64,000 nt of DNA, taken from the NCBI GenBank assembly GCA_002633005.1, contig NMRA01000308.1:417961-481960 (forward strand), given 5' to 3'. The first letter of the stretch is position 1; the number at the start of each line of letters is the position of its first letter. Positions 33,932 through 47,900 of the stretch are shown here, one piece after another. The stretch is from Phoronis australis. Lineage: Eukaryota > Animalia > Phoronida. The position numbers and the translations under genes are program-made. The notes beneath the pieces were generated by a model, which searched no databases, had not been told where the DNA came from, and saw only the letters and a program-made list of their open reading frames with translations.

Positions 33932-35431
33932 ATGCAATATTTTGACTTAAGGTTGTCCATTTTGTGAGTTTACCAACGTCTGGAGTCCATTTTTATTGGA
34001 TATGTTATGCAATTCAGTAAACATTACCATGGTATGCACACTAGACAGTTAATCCACTGTGCGTTTGCCAGTAGTAAGGTTATCCCAATAGGCAAATAGT
34101 GTGCGCATGCTCCCATTTCGAGGTCAAGAAATTCCCAGTGCATGACATCGGTGGCTTTAGTTATCAACTAGAGTCACAGGCAATGCATACATGGAAAGCT
34201 TTATATTTGAGGCTAGTTCCTGAACTGGTTTCGAGTGATGTCACTCGAGTATTTGCAAGGCTGTTTGCTATATAATTATAGGCAGATGTGACAGGAACTC
34301 CTTCGACATTCTCACAATAAGACTGGTCAGGATCACAACCTTTACTTATTTTCGTAGATCATAAGACATAAGCTTGCACTTGCGGTGAAAATTATTTTCT
34401 TGTGTAATGGAAACTGAATTCAAGTCCATTCTCATTGTCCAATTACTAATAAGTGGCCACCATTTTGCTAGGATAGTTCACTTGTATGATTTTGTGAGGT
34501 CTTGCTTTTCTCACAAAAAGGTAGGTGCTCACCTGGATTTTTATTTTTCTAGCTGCCCTACGCTATCAAGACAATGTGAGATGACAGAATTGATTTTACT
34601 ATATTGCAATTAGTGCACCATTTTCGAATTTGCAATTTTAATGTTAGACAACACTAATAAACTCTGCGATGCTCCTTTAGTCACGGAAGGTTTCGATGTT
34701 CTTGTTGGTAACAGAAATAGTTTCCTATCATGCTATGGAACACTACAAGAAAGTACTTGGCCTAATTTGATTTCCCTTTTTTAGTCAGTTGAATAAGGTA
34801 TAATACATCTTTTATAAGTGTTTAATGAGCAGTTCAGTTTACTCGAGAGAATGTGATTAATTGGAAACTCAGTTCATCTGAATAGCAGAAAATTTCATGG
34901 TAGATTGCCCCCTCAAAAGATGAACATGTTTTTTATGTGTCCACTACGACAGGTATGTAGCACAGTGCACTTCAGTAGTGGTACAGCAAAACCAAGTGCT
35001 GTCCCTACTCCTGATAACTATACCTGCTTCTGCATTTACCATGCTCTTTGACTGATACATTGTTTGTCAAGCGAGCACAACACCTGCCCATTTTTGAATG
35101 AATTTCAGTACTTCAATGACCCTAGTATAGTTCCAGTCAGTTGTATTTTTGAAATAGTGGAGGAAAGGGCAACACAAGCAAGTTTTCAAATTCCAATGTT
35201 TGCAGCACCACCTAGTGTTTATCAAACCAATGGGTATGATCTCGGTAATTTATATCTGGTATGTCTATCATGAAGTGGACAGCAACAAATCCCCATCTTG
35301 CACGTGCCAAATCTCCATCTACTAGACTAACAGTTGTGCTCACAACAAAAGTGATGGTGGACAACACCAATGGCCAACTACATGGGCTCACATGTATAGG
35401 TACAGTAAACTCAATAACATGTAACGATGGT

Positions 35432-35437
35432 TTTATT
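35432..35437 (-). other. Candidate polyadenylation signal for SLC16 3'UTR
   Basis: AATAAA on the minus strand, near where the plus strand becomes A/C-rich (U/G-rich on minus) up to the SLC16 stop. Confidence 0.35.
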
Positions 35438-36309
35438 CAAGGTATTAAATACAAAATGCACCTCCAACAGTTAGCTAGCAAGACGAGAGACTTACAAGAG
35501 AAACTATAACCAGGGCTGTGTTTGATGAAAAGTGACTTAAGACAGAAATTTGGTTGTATGCTCCACCTAACTATATTTCTGAAAAAAAAAATTAAATGTG
35601 ATCACAAAAGTAAAATCAGAAATATACACACAACTGTTAGTTAAGTGATAGTTTTCATTAATTATTCCTAGACTATGGCTGTCATAATTACTTGGTAAAA
35701 CTCATTCAACAACTGTAAAGTGGGAGTGTCTGACCAAAGTTCTGTCTTGTGTCACTTTCAGAAATTGCCACATGCCCTAATATGGAAATACAAAAAAATT
35801 CAAAATACAGCATGCGCAATGGACCAATCAACCTGTTAGTATAAGAAGCAAGTTGTACACTTGAAAAAACAAAGGGAAAAAGATAAAAAGCCAATACAAT
35901 GCAATTAGTACAAATACAATAAGCTCTATTGTTCTAATACAATGCAATGAGTACAAATACAACAAGTAGTTGTTCTGATACAATGCTATGAGTACAAATA
36001 CACCAAGTACTCTAAGTTGTTTTAAGAATAGAAATTGATACACAACCCCAAAAATTCAAAAAAACTGATGAATACACATATGTTTGAGAACTAGACTAAA
36101 CAAAAACTGCCTCACAAGCTAGTTTCCCCCGAGATGAATAGGAAACCAAAAGTTGGCGAAAATAGGACATTTATTATAAGTAGACTAGCGGTACAAAACA
36201 ATATATGAGAACAGACGCTTGAGTAACAAAACATCTCTGGAAACATGGGCAATAAGAAAGTGTCGCAAGATAATGAATATAGCTCATGTCCAATTGCATT
36301 TTAGACCAG

Positions 36310-36454
36310 GGCCCAGTTGCATAAAAGTTATACGCCGTATAGCAACAATGTCGCATTATCACGTCACGTTGTTGTTGTTGAACAATGCAACTGACGTCAT
36401 GCAACAATCAAACTTATCCAGTGGATAACTTTTGAAGCTTTATGAAACTCGGCC
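36310..36454. mobile_element. MITE, PIF/Harbinger-type
   Basis: CAG|GGCCCAGTTGCATAAA ... TTTATGAAACTCGGCC|CAG: TIRs with a 3-bp TSD. Confidence 0.7.
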
Positions 36455-36585
36455 CAGGTGACTAACACGTACTGTTACACGTAGCGTGACACGTTACACG
36501 TACTGTTACACGTTCTGTTACATGTACTGTCTGGGCATAGGAGATGTTGAAATAATTCAGGAGAACTAGTATAAGTCCGATACAA

Positions 36586-36757
36586 CTGAACTGAGAGGTT
36601 TCATTTTAATAACGCCAATGGATTTATCACAAACTAGATAAGCTGAACTGAGAGGTTTCATTTTAATAACGCCAATGGATTTATCACAAACTAGATAAGC
36701 TGAACTGAGAGGTTTCATTTTAATAACGCCAATGGATTTATCACAAACTAGATAAGC
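36586..36757. repeat. 57-bp perfect tandem x3
   Basis: CTGAACTGAGAGGTTTCATTTTAATAACGCCAATGGATTTATCACAAACTAGATAAG. Confidence 0.92.
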
Positions 36758-38129
36758 CGCACTTAGTCTGAGCTAAGTCAACATTTACAACTTATACAAG
36801 TTTCTGTATAACTACAAACACCAATTTTAATGAAATTAAAACAAAGCTGCACAACACAGATTAATATGTATAAACCAAGACAAAATTCCACAAATGCACT
36901 GACAAGTTTTCACCATGCAATAATACATCAAATTAAGTCAAAACAATAATCAACAAGCACTGTATGTGAAATGAGGCAATACTAACTTACAAGTGGGAAA
37001 ATTGTTTTCACATGGGCAGAGAACACCATCCACTCATTTGAAATCCAAATGACTCATTCTCGACTTTTGCTCCACCTAAAAAGCAGTTGCCAACAATCTT
37101 GCTTCATGAATTACCCAGTTACACAGCAAGTTACTTCTTTCTCATCCAGCTTCACCAATTTGCCTTCCATATTACATGTCGCACACAGAGTCCTGAGTTT
37201 TGTCCCTGCTTACAAGATACATCAACATAAAGGGACATCATTTCAGACACAAGAGAGCCCTCCCAGATAACACAGCAATAGAACTCTCCTTTCTACCAAA
37301 GCTAAGAAAGCGTGTTGTTTTCATTGGCCATGTTTTGGCGTGTCGGGCACACTTTCACTGGTCATGTCGAAAACAGATGAGGTGTATGTTTGTGGAAATA
37401 TTGTCAATTTCAACCATGTGAATGTACCAGAATTGAAAAGGTATCTCCAACAAAATGGTAGCAGTTCAAAATTACCCCGATGAACTTGCTTCATTCATTT
37501 GCTCCGCATTTTGCTGTCACTGATTGATGCCGGGAAGATGAGGAACTTGACATCACAGATTTGTCAAGTTTGTCTCACCTGTACAGCAGCAATGCTTTGA
37601 TGGCTTTGGCAGGACAAATAGAATAATGCAGTGGAGAAAACGTGTAAAGAATATGAAAACAACAACAAAGAATTTTATGGAATGCCAATGGCGTGAAAAC
37701 AAGGCTACACAAGTGCAACATTGTGGTTTAATACAACAAGATTAGAGTGTCTCTGAGTAATCCATAATGACCATATTTGAAAGTCTCATTTCGTAAATTA
37801 TAGTACAACACCAACAGGACACAGCTATGTGACACCATAGCCACATAGAAATATCCTTGAGATTGGACTCACTTGTTCAACTAGGACTAGGAATGTTTTT
37901 TATGCACAAGGTCAAACATCAACCACAGTGACATGGAAAATATAATTTGAAGATATATGATTTTATCATGTACAGTCGAATCTCACTACGACGTACAACA
38001 AAAGACTTTAGAAATGTGTACATTATTACGATAGTTTGTTGTAAACAGGGTAGATTTACAAGACATACATCGCTAAAATTGAGACTAGGAAGTTGGTACG
38101 TTACTTCTCTTTTAATGTTCTTAGACGAG

Positions 38130-38362
38130 TACTCTGCAACAGTGCTCTGCTTCAGTGCTCTGCAACAGTGCTCTGCAACAGTGCTCAGCAACAGTGCTCT
38201 GCAACAGTGCTCTGCAACAGTGCTCTGCAACAGTGCTCTGCAACAGTGCTCTGCAACAGTGCTCATTACTCTGCAATTATAGTACTCTGTAATAGAACTC
38301 TGTAATAGTACTCTGTAAAACATAGTACTCTGTAATAGTACTCTGCAATAGTACTCTGTAAT
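38130..38362. repeat. 13-bp minisatellite
   Basis: GTGCTCTGCAACA grading into GTACTCTGTAATA. Confidence 0.9.
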
Positions 38363-38779
38363 GAAATTCGACTGTATTTGTAATAGAATCTGAACACAGA
38401 AGCCACTTTGCAGAAATTGTTGAAATCAGTTGAGTGGGAATTGTCTCATTAACGCAAAATCAAAGTGTCTGATTGTTACCTGTAAAGCTCAGTAAGTAAG
38501 TGTCATGATTTGGCAATCCATAGAGCCATCAACACTATGTGTATATGGAGGCTGGCTTGAAACCAGAAAGCATATGACGGATGTTTTGAAAAATGTTTAG
38601 TACCTAGGTAGAAGATATCTCTGCATGGCCTACTCAGAAAACTGTGTACACCTGCAAGCTTTAGCAGCGGCTTCTTGTCTACAAAAGCACAATTCCCTAA
38701 TAGAAAACGCCCTCTACCACGTGAAACAAGACTAGAATGAAGACGATTGAGATTCTAGGGTGCAGATTAATGAGTGTCA

Positions 38780-38931
38780 TCATAATGATGTTCCATGGTC
38801 ATTCCTGGCCAATCTTTGCTCCAGTCGAAGAACCAAAGGCTTCAACCACAAAATAACACCTCCAAACAGTGTTAGAGACCCACAGAGGTAGAAGGCTGGA
38901 TTGTAGCTGTCAAACTCATCCCGGAAGTAAC
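38780..38931 (-). CDS. SLC16: SLC16 last coding exon (YFRDEFDSYNPAFYLCGSLTLFGGVILWLKP...GTSL*)
   Basis: ttacag|GT TAC TTC CGG GAT...TTA TGA; GxxxDxxxxYxxxFYxxG TM12 motif. Confidence 0.9.
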
Positions 38932-41900
38932 CTGTAACCAAAAGAATGTGCTGATGACTTAAAATTGCTCATTGTTATTATTATACAGTTTTATGTCACC
39001 CGACTTTTCTTAAGTCAACATTGAAATCAAACAATTTTGTACTGTGCATGGGTTGGGATCTCACATCCATATGAACAAAGTGCAGAGAATGATCAAAGGA
39101 TAACATATGACTAGGAAACATTTTTATGACCTAAAGTGATTGTAAACATGATTTTAGAATCCATATGCAGAATGTCTTACCCATCAGAGCAGGGGAGCCC
39201 CCTGTTGGCAGTGTGCTGAAGGCTAGGGTCAGGCCAAAGGAACTGGCGAGATTATGCAGACCAAGAAAGTCTACCAGAACAATGGGCATCATAGTGATGA
39301 AGCCAGCACCACTGAAAAAGCCAAGGATGGCGCACTGGGCCGCTAGGGCACCATATGTGGTAGAAAAGGGCATCAGCAATAGGTTGATTCCACTGATGGT
39401 CAGACTGGCTGCCATGAAGTGGTACTTCTCCACCTTGTTTAGATCAGCTAATGGCGTCATGATGAAGCGAGCGATGAGCTCCGAGATAGCCACAATTGAG
39501 ATGAGAAATGCTGCATCCTGCGGGGCCACGCCCATCTCCATGGCATGAGTTGGAATGAAGACGAATGGCACAGGGTAGCTGAGGTAGCCACACAGGCAAG
39601 AGATGAGAACCAGTATATACATGGGCCGTGTCAACAGGAACAGATTAAAGAAGGGCAGTTCTTTGATATCACTACCACAGCCAAAAGTCCTGCGGCAGCA
39701 CCACACACAACCCCCTGGCTCAGTTCTCATCACTTCAGTTTCAGTCTCATCAACAGTACAACCACTACTAATGTTCTGTGCTCCATCAGTGTTAGGAACA
39801 AGATGAGATTCTACTTCTGTTGTGATACACTTCCTGTCCAGCTTATCTCCACCTGGTCTGCCTTCCGTCTCATCACACGTCAGGCTTATTTGCACTAAGC
39901 TACCCATTTCTGTCTGCTCATACTGCACACCAGGTGGCAGCTTATCAAAATGCACGATGCTATGCATTTCTTTCTTCGAGTTAGAATCTTCCCTCTCACT
40001 GTCACAGCATGACAGATTACAGGCCCAGTACTTCCCTGCACTAGTGTAGAACTCAGGCGGGCGGAAAAGTGATGCAGCGAGAATGATGTGCGCCAGACAG
40101 CCCCCCATGATGAGGAATGCACCTTGGAAAGAGTAGGTGTCAAACACATACCTGCAATGGATAAGGTGAACTACCTCGTGACTGAGAATGAAGGGAAATT
40201 AATGAGAAAGTGAGCAAGGTGGCAAAGTCATTTTGCTATCATAACACATTAATACCAATCATTTTGCTACCATAACACGTTAATACCAGTCATTTGCTAC
40301 CATAACACGCTAATACCAGTCATTTTGCTACCATAACACGTTATTACCAATCATTTTTCTGTTGACAGAATTAGCCGTCATAATAGAGAAAGGGTATTTT
40401 GTTCTATTACTTAGATCTTGTACAGTATCACTAGGTTGCTGGACAGCAAAAATGAATTTAAGTGTGGACACCAATGTTGGAATCTTAAATTTGACCTCCC
40501 TATAACTTTCCTTTTCTACACGTAAACACCTTCAAAACTATCCAACCCCAGCTATGACTGATTGTGAGGAATTTCAAAATCAAATCCTGGTTAAAAGTTT
40601 GTAAAAGACGGTCAACGATACAGGGTGCACTTTTTTGGGTAATTAGATCTGGTTTTAACCAAATTAACATTCTCTTAGCATTATGACATCAAATTTTTAA
40701 GTTTACTCAAAGACCATCTTTTCCATTTGATATACATCCTTCAGATGATATAACAAAGAGAGAACTTCACCTCAGTGAACTGAAATAGTTGGTGTGTCTG
40801 CATTGTATCTGGTTTCCAATCCACTGATCATAGTGACTAATAAAATAAAGATTGCGATCACCAGTCTGTTATTATGTGTGCCGAGTGACTGGACTGCAGA
40901 AATAAGACAAATGTGCAAACTAGGTCATTTCACTTTTATTATTGAAATATTAGCAAACTGGTGATTTGTAAATTTTGCAAAACAATACCGATTACGATGG
41001 CGGATGTCTCTATTAAACTGCAGTCACCAACTGTGACACGGAAGCCTACCGTATAAGAACAGGTAACACCATGCCACCTACAGAAGAACCACTAGTTGCT
41101 AGTCCCATGGCCAAAGAGCGACGCTTGTCAAAGTATAGGCCGACTAAGACCAGGCTGGGTGCGTAAGACAGAGAACTACCAATACCTGTAAAAGACAGTT
41201 GATATGGGGACAAATGTTTCCCTGGTAGTTGGATTCATAATCTACCTCAGCAGGTCAAGATCTAGTCAGATCCATTGGCAAATCTACCTCAGCAGGTCAA
41301 GATCTAGTCGGATCCATTGGCAAATCTACCTCAGCAGGTCAAGATCTAGTCGGATCCATTGGAAAATCTACTTCAGCAGGTCAAGATCTAGTCGGATCCA
41401 TTGGCAAATCTACCTCAGCAGGTCAAGATCTAGTCGGATCCATTGGAAAATCTACTTCAGCAGGTCAAGATCTAGTCGGATCCATTGGCAAATCTACCTC
41501 AGCAGGTCAAGATCTAGTCAAATCCATTGGCAAATCTACCTCGGCAGGTCAAGATCTAGTCGGATCCATTGGCAAATCTACCTCAGCAGGTCAAGATCTA
41601 GTCGGATCCATTGACAAGTCTACCTCAGCAGGTCAAGATCCAGCCACCAAAGAAATGGTAGATATTAAAGAGTTTCCACCATGACCATCTGTCTCAAAAA
41701 TAATTTTATTAAAACATCTTAAGAGATATAATAGCTTTTAGTATACATGTTGCTAAGAAACAAGACAAAAATTAAAAAAAAAAAAATTCCTGTTATATCA
41801 GGATTGTACGTAATGGTTGGAAGACTGTCTCCGCCACTCTTTGTTTGACGCATTTAAAGAAATCATGTTTCAACCAAACACAAAAGCATTCCCCTCTAAC

Positions 41901-44900
41901 TGACTGTGTATGCGTAACATTACTTGTTGTTGGGCCTAGCAAGGTGGCCAGTTTTTGCTTCTGAAGATGGTGTTTTACTAAACACCAAAACATGTCAAGC
42001 TGTTTTAATTAACAAAAGAACCATTACAATGAAAGACTCGCCAACTTGTGTATTTGAAAATTTCATACAGGTAGGCTTATTTAATGTGTTAAGACCATGC
42101 TCATTACATCATGGCAATAGTGAATATGAGTCACCCACAAGGTTTAATAACACTTTCCATTTTAAAAAGGGAATTTCCACTCATTCCCTTTTTGTGCTTG
42201 AAAGTTGCAGATTTTTTCTGCACCTGGATTTCCATCATTTTGGCTTAAAAATTGATATATTCGATTGCATTTCAGCCCTCTGTTGAATAATGCGCAGAAA
42301 TTTCTGCACAGAATTCCAACGCAGAAATTTCTGAGCAGAATTCCAGCGCAAAAATTTCTGCACAGAAAATGTGTGGTGGGCACTCTTTAAGGCAGACCTT
42401 GAAAAGGGAGTGTTTTTATCATGGCCATGGTTAAGTACAGTTTTCCCACGATTGACAATGGACACTGTACTCACAATCGACATTTCTGTCCATAAATAAT
42501 ACCGACGGTCTTAAACGTTTCATGAAAAATCATCAACTGATTAAGCTTGCCACTAATGCAAGTAATGTCTACACATAGCACGTTGATAAGACAGTTTTTT
42601 AGTTCACTTAACCAACTCATGAGCAATACTGTTCATTGAATACCATCCGCGCAGACTTTTGGTATGTATTCTGGTGGAAAGAAAGGCCGAGAATCGCGTA
42701 AAATACCTGTTGTTTAGCAGCAGAAACCAATCCAAATTATTAGAGTTAATTTTATATTTAGCACAAAGTTAAAGCCAGCCACATTACATATCAGGCAGTT
42801 AATATTTCCATGACAGGGTTAACCATGAAGCATTCATGGTTGGTCCAGATGGAAACTTTTCAAAGACTGTTTATTGTGAGATTTGTAATGTGCTTTTATT
42901 TAAAAGTTCACAAAACATTTCTTAAATGACAGAATTACAGAAAGTTGGATAAGTCCATGCAATGTATTTGAAAAGTGTGCATGCCTCAACTCCAAAACAG
43001 ACCTCCAGAATGAAATGGGACACCATCAGCTTATAACCAAAGAGCATCGCAAAACTTTGTACTGCAAGTGGTGTCTCAAGGGTTGTTTATATTACCGTAA
43101 ACATTCGAGTCAATGCCCTGGGCGATTAAATTGGCAAACCCAAAAATTCGGGAGTGGGCGGTTAACCAGACATGAGCTCTTAAACGTGAAATTTCAAGAA
43201 ATCAGAGGTGGGCGGTTAACCAAACATGGGCGCTTATTACGACAGACAACCACCAGGGCGGTTAATGTTACCTCATGATCCCAGTACCCACACGTAGTTG
43301 GAATGCATAGAACTTTTCCAAGCTTTCGCCACTTTGCCAAATGACGATAAAAATGCCATAACAGTGGATGATCCCAACAAAGGTTCCGTTGCCCTTAATT
43401 ATTTCAGTTAAATTAATTTTACAAAATTGCTGAGTAATAGCCCATGCCGTTCTGCCGTCTTCATAGACCTGTACCTGTAGAGCTGTACCTGTACAGCTGT
43501 ACCTGTAGAGCGCAGACGACTATGCAGTGCTCCACTTGGTTAGCAACTATCCTCACTGACGTGGTGACAGTGCAAAGTGCGCGCGTGCAAGCTTCACCTG
43601 CTGCGTAGGTCACAGCAGAGTCACGAGTTAGTTGACAAGTTCTGAGTTAGAGAGCAGTTTTAAATTATTTTGTAATTAAAGTTTGAAAAACTAATTCAGG
43701 TGTTTTTTGCGTTTGGGATGTTTATGTTTGAGACTCAGTGATTCAATGACACTTTCAACGTAAGGTTCAACGGCTGTTTTATTTTGACCGCCCAGCAGAG
43801 GTTGGCAGACATAAGCCAATCGTCAATCAAAAGTTACCGCAAAGGCAATACTCAAAAAAGTGCTTAAGAGTTTAATGTTAAAAAATACTAACACTACGAA
43901 TGGGATGAGTCTAATGAACCCATATAGTAGAGTCTGAGAAAGAAGTAAATAAGTTCATACACAAGTACCTTAGTCGGTAAAAATAATTCGCAGACGAAGC
44001 CCCCATTATTCGGGTAACCGGCACCAGTGGTTTGTTCCAACGAGCAAAGCGTCCTTATTGAGAAGGTGTTGTTGAAAACAGGGCTCGGCACTAGGCATAA
44101 CTAGCTGCAGGTCGCATTGGCGACCTGAATTTTGAAAATGCTAGCCGAAATTTTGGTCATCTTGTATTTAGTTGTAACATGCGACCTGAAATTTTCAATG
44201 TATGAGCCACGGCATACATATGTAATAAAATGTCACAAAACAGCGATGTTTCTATTCATTGTTAAACGATCAACTTACCAAATTTTGTGGTGGAAAAACA
44301 CACTTTTATTTTGCATGCAAGATTTCCAGATTATCCTATTTTATAGCCTACAATATCGTACTGCGACACTGTTCGGTCCCGCTGTTAGCATGCAATGTCC
44401 CCGCAAACGATCGCGACTTGGAAGTGTCAGCAAGTAATCGGCCTGTTCAATATGCGTATCGTTTTTTATGGCAAAAGACCGCGGCAAACTAATTCTCAAG
44501 ACCTTCTTTCCGGGGTTGAGCAAACACATATGAGTCACCTGTCAATCACATGTGCAGTCAAGGTAACTTGCACTCCAGAGCGTGGGAACTCACGCACGCG
44601 CACCACACCAAAGTCGCACATCAAAAGAAAACAGCGAGAGCGGCTTGACTGTAGGTTTAAGCTGACCGGGTGTTTATTTGACACTGAACTTGGGCCTCCT
44701 GCTCTTTAAAAAAAACAACGTACCCCAAAACTGCGACGCCAAGTTTCAGTTACGGCTCGATGTTCCCTAGGCCCCAGGGGTTCACCCCCTCCCTCTGCTG
44801 CCAATTGACCTATAGCAAGCTCTGCCCCCTTGTGTAATGTCGACTAACAAACAAGTTTTACCCGGCAACGTGCTGTTTGTCAGGTAAAACGGCAGCTTGG

Positions 44901-47900
44901 AAATAAAGGTGCGTCAATAATGCTGCGTTCTAAATGGTCAGTTAAGCCGTCACTCAAAATCCTGGCGATAAGTCAATTTTCAGTCAGCCAATGTCGTAGA
45001 TATTTCAAACTCGAATGGGAAGGATTTTGTTCCGGTTGAAACTAGCCAGTGAAGAAACAAAATTATTCGGGAGGGCTAAAAAGGCAGGTAGAAACAATAT
45101 TCACAAAGTTAAGGGAATTCTTTAAAATCCGAGAGGTTCCCACCTAAAGCGAATTAGGAGTGATGGCAAGACCAGTGTCACGTTTCTTGGCTTTATTTTT
45201 TCGAATATATGTTTTATCCAGAGCACTGCAGACGGAAACTTAGTGCGGCAGACGGCACCGCTGAAATTGTAGGTATTGAAGCCGGCGAGGTTCTTAGTTT
45301 TGCGAACATGCAATCAAGGTATTACATTTTGAAGCAAATCCATGACCCGGAACAATAATTTGTTACTTGTATTATAATTCACATTGCCAAACCACAGTCT
45401 TCGACGCTGTCATTGCATTCTTTATTATCATCGATTTTTATCTAAAAATGGGTAATCGCGTGTAATCATCAATCTTCAAAAGTCGGGGATAGGCGCTTAA
45501 CCGAGAGGTGGGCGCTTAACTAGAAATCTTCAAAAATTGCAGAGGGGCGGTTAACAGAGCAATGGGCGGTAAAATCGAAAATCCACCTAAAGTAGGGGAT
45601 TGGCGTTAACCTGAACGTTTACGGTAAGTACTATAACAAGAGCAATGCGAAGCATTGAAATGGGCCAATGACTGCGCCGCAAATGGTAAGCTCAGTTCCA
45701 GGGGTGTTAATTAGTATGACAAAAACGGCCACTAGATGGATACATCAAACCTGTCTGAAAATGGGATGGCGTAGTCGTCTCCTATTTGCCATATTTCGTA
45801 AAAATGCGTTAAGGAACTCCAAAATCACATTCTAATAGGAGGCAAAGTTGAAGTGGTATAGATACGACCCGGCACACTTTGGTACAGATACAACCGGGCA
45901 CATTTTGGTACTGATACAACCGGGCACACTTTGGTACTGATACGACCAGGCACAGTTTGGTACTGATACGACCGGGTACACTTTGGTACAGATACGACCG
46001 GGTAAACTTTGGTACAGACATGACCGGGCAAACTTTGGTACTGATACGACCCGGCACACTTTGGCACTAATATGACCGGGCACAGTTTGGTACTGATATG
46101 AACAGGCACACTTTGGTACTGATACGACCGGGAACACTTTGATACAGATACGACCGGGCACAGTTTGGTACTGATACGACCAGGCACAATTTGGTACAGA
46201 TACAACCTGGCACACTTTGGTACAGATACGACCGGGCGCACTTTGATACAGATACAACCGGGCACACTTTGGTACAGGTACGACCGGGCACACTTTGGTA
46301 CAGATACGACCGGGCACAGTTTGGTACTGATATGACCGGGCACATATTCAGCCCTGCCCAACGTACACCAGGGCATAAACAATGTTTTGGTAAAATGATT
46401 TTTAGTCCCAAAACACCAATGGCCTAATATATGACCCAATTTAAAACCAGATGGCACTGCAAAGCGCTCGGGACAAGATTACATCATGACGTGACACACC
46501 TAGGAGTTTGAAGTCCGTAATACCTATACTCAGATTTCAATGGAGATCCATGAACACCAGAAATGCACCACACAAACGTTTCTTTTAATAATGCCATCAA
46601 CATAAAAACAAAATTTATTTGACTACAGTGAGTTAACCAAGGTATGCTCTACTTGTAATACTCAGTAGCGAATCAATCAGACATAGTATCAGGTCAAAGG
46701 TTACTAACCATAAATGATGCCATAAGTAAGTATGACATGTGGCATGGACTGAGCAAAGCCAGTCAGAATGTAGGCCAGGGCTACAATTGATCCACCAATC
46801 ATCACAACTGGTCGGGTTCCGTAGCGTTTACCCAGAGATGTAGTGATGGGACCTAAATAATTAACATAAAAAAACAAAATTAAATACATTTCAGAACAAC
46901 CTGCTAGCAAAATAAGCATCAAAAGAAGCACCCAGCAAAGGCACAAAAAAAAAACATGCCGTTTCACGCTGAAAGTAGAAAGATTTGGGAGCATGTCCTG
47001 AGACTCCTCCGGAAGACTTTCACAATTTGAACAAGAGCAACACGGAGCATTGAAATGCACCCACGAATGCACTGCAAACGGTGTGCCACTAGGGTGTTTA
47101 TTTGTATCATAAAAATGGCCACTAGATAGTGCAAAATACTTCAAATCCGTCAAAAAATGGGAAAATGTCACCGTTTTTAACTGAAAGCTACCACATTTCA
47201 TGAAAATCTGCCAAGAAACTTTAAAGAAACAGAGCAAAACGAAAAAAAAAAATGAAATTGCCACTAGGGGACAAAGCATTCGCAGCATCCGTCTGAAAGT
47301 TTTCGTCTTTGTTCCGTTGTCAACGTCATATCGTCTTGCTATATTTAATAAAGATTCTGCAGAGGGCTTAGGAGATACAGCTAAGGGCGCAAAAAATGCC
47401 ACTAGGAGGCATTACAGTAATTGAAGTCGGAAAATCATCGTCAACCGTCCTCTTCACACTAACAATATAAGCCAATTTTCACAATCATCCAAAGAGTGGT
47501 TTGGTTGACAGAGTGCGGACGCCAAAAACAAGACTAGAAAACAGCAAAAATGGCCACTAGATGGTGTAAAATATGTCAAATCCATCTGAAAACCGAAAAA
47601 TGATGTTTTTTAAAAGAAAGCTATTTAACAAATTTCTTGAAAATTCGTCGAGGAACTTCAGAGAAACAGAGGAAAACAGAAAAAATGAAATTGCCACATG
47701 GGGGAAGAGTTAGTCGGACCTGTCTGAAAGTCGTTATCTGTTGTTAACTTCATATAAATACAAATGCTACAATTAATAAAAATACTGTAGAGGGCTTCGG
47801 AGATACAGGTATGCCTGGGCGCAAAACAAAACTGCCACTAGGAGGCGCCACAGTAGCCAAAGTCATCGGAAAAACATCGTCGATTGTCCTCTTCATAGTA

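Noticed and set aside
46853-47402. N-terminal part of the 232-aa minus-strand ORF
   Set aside because: Runs through intron and HINE sequence; only 46709-46852 is exonic.
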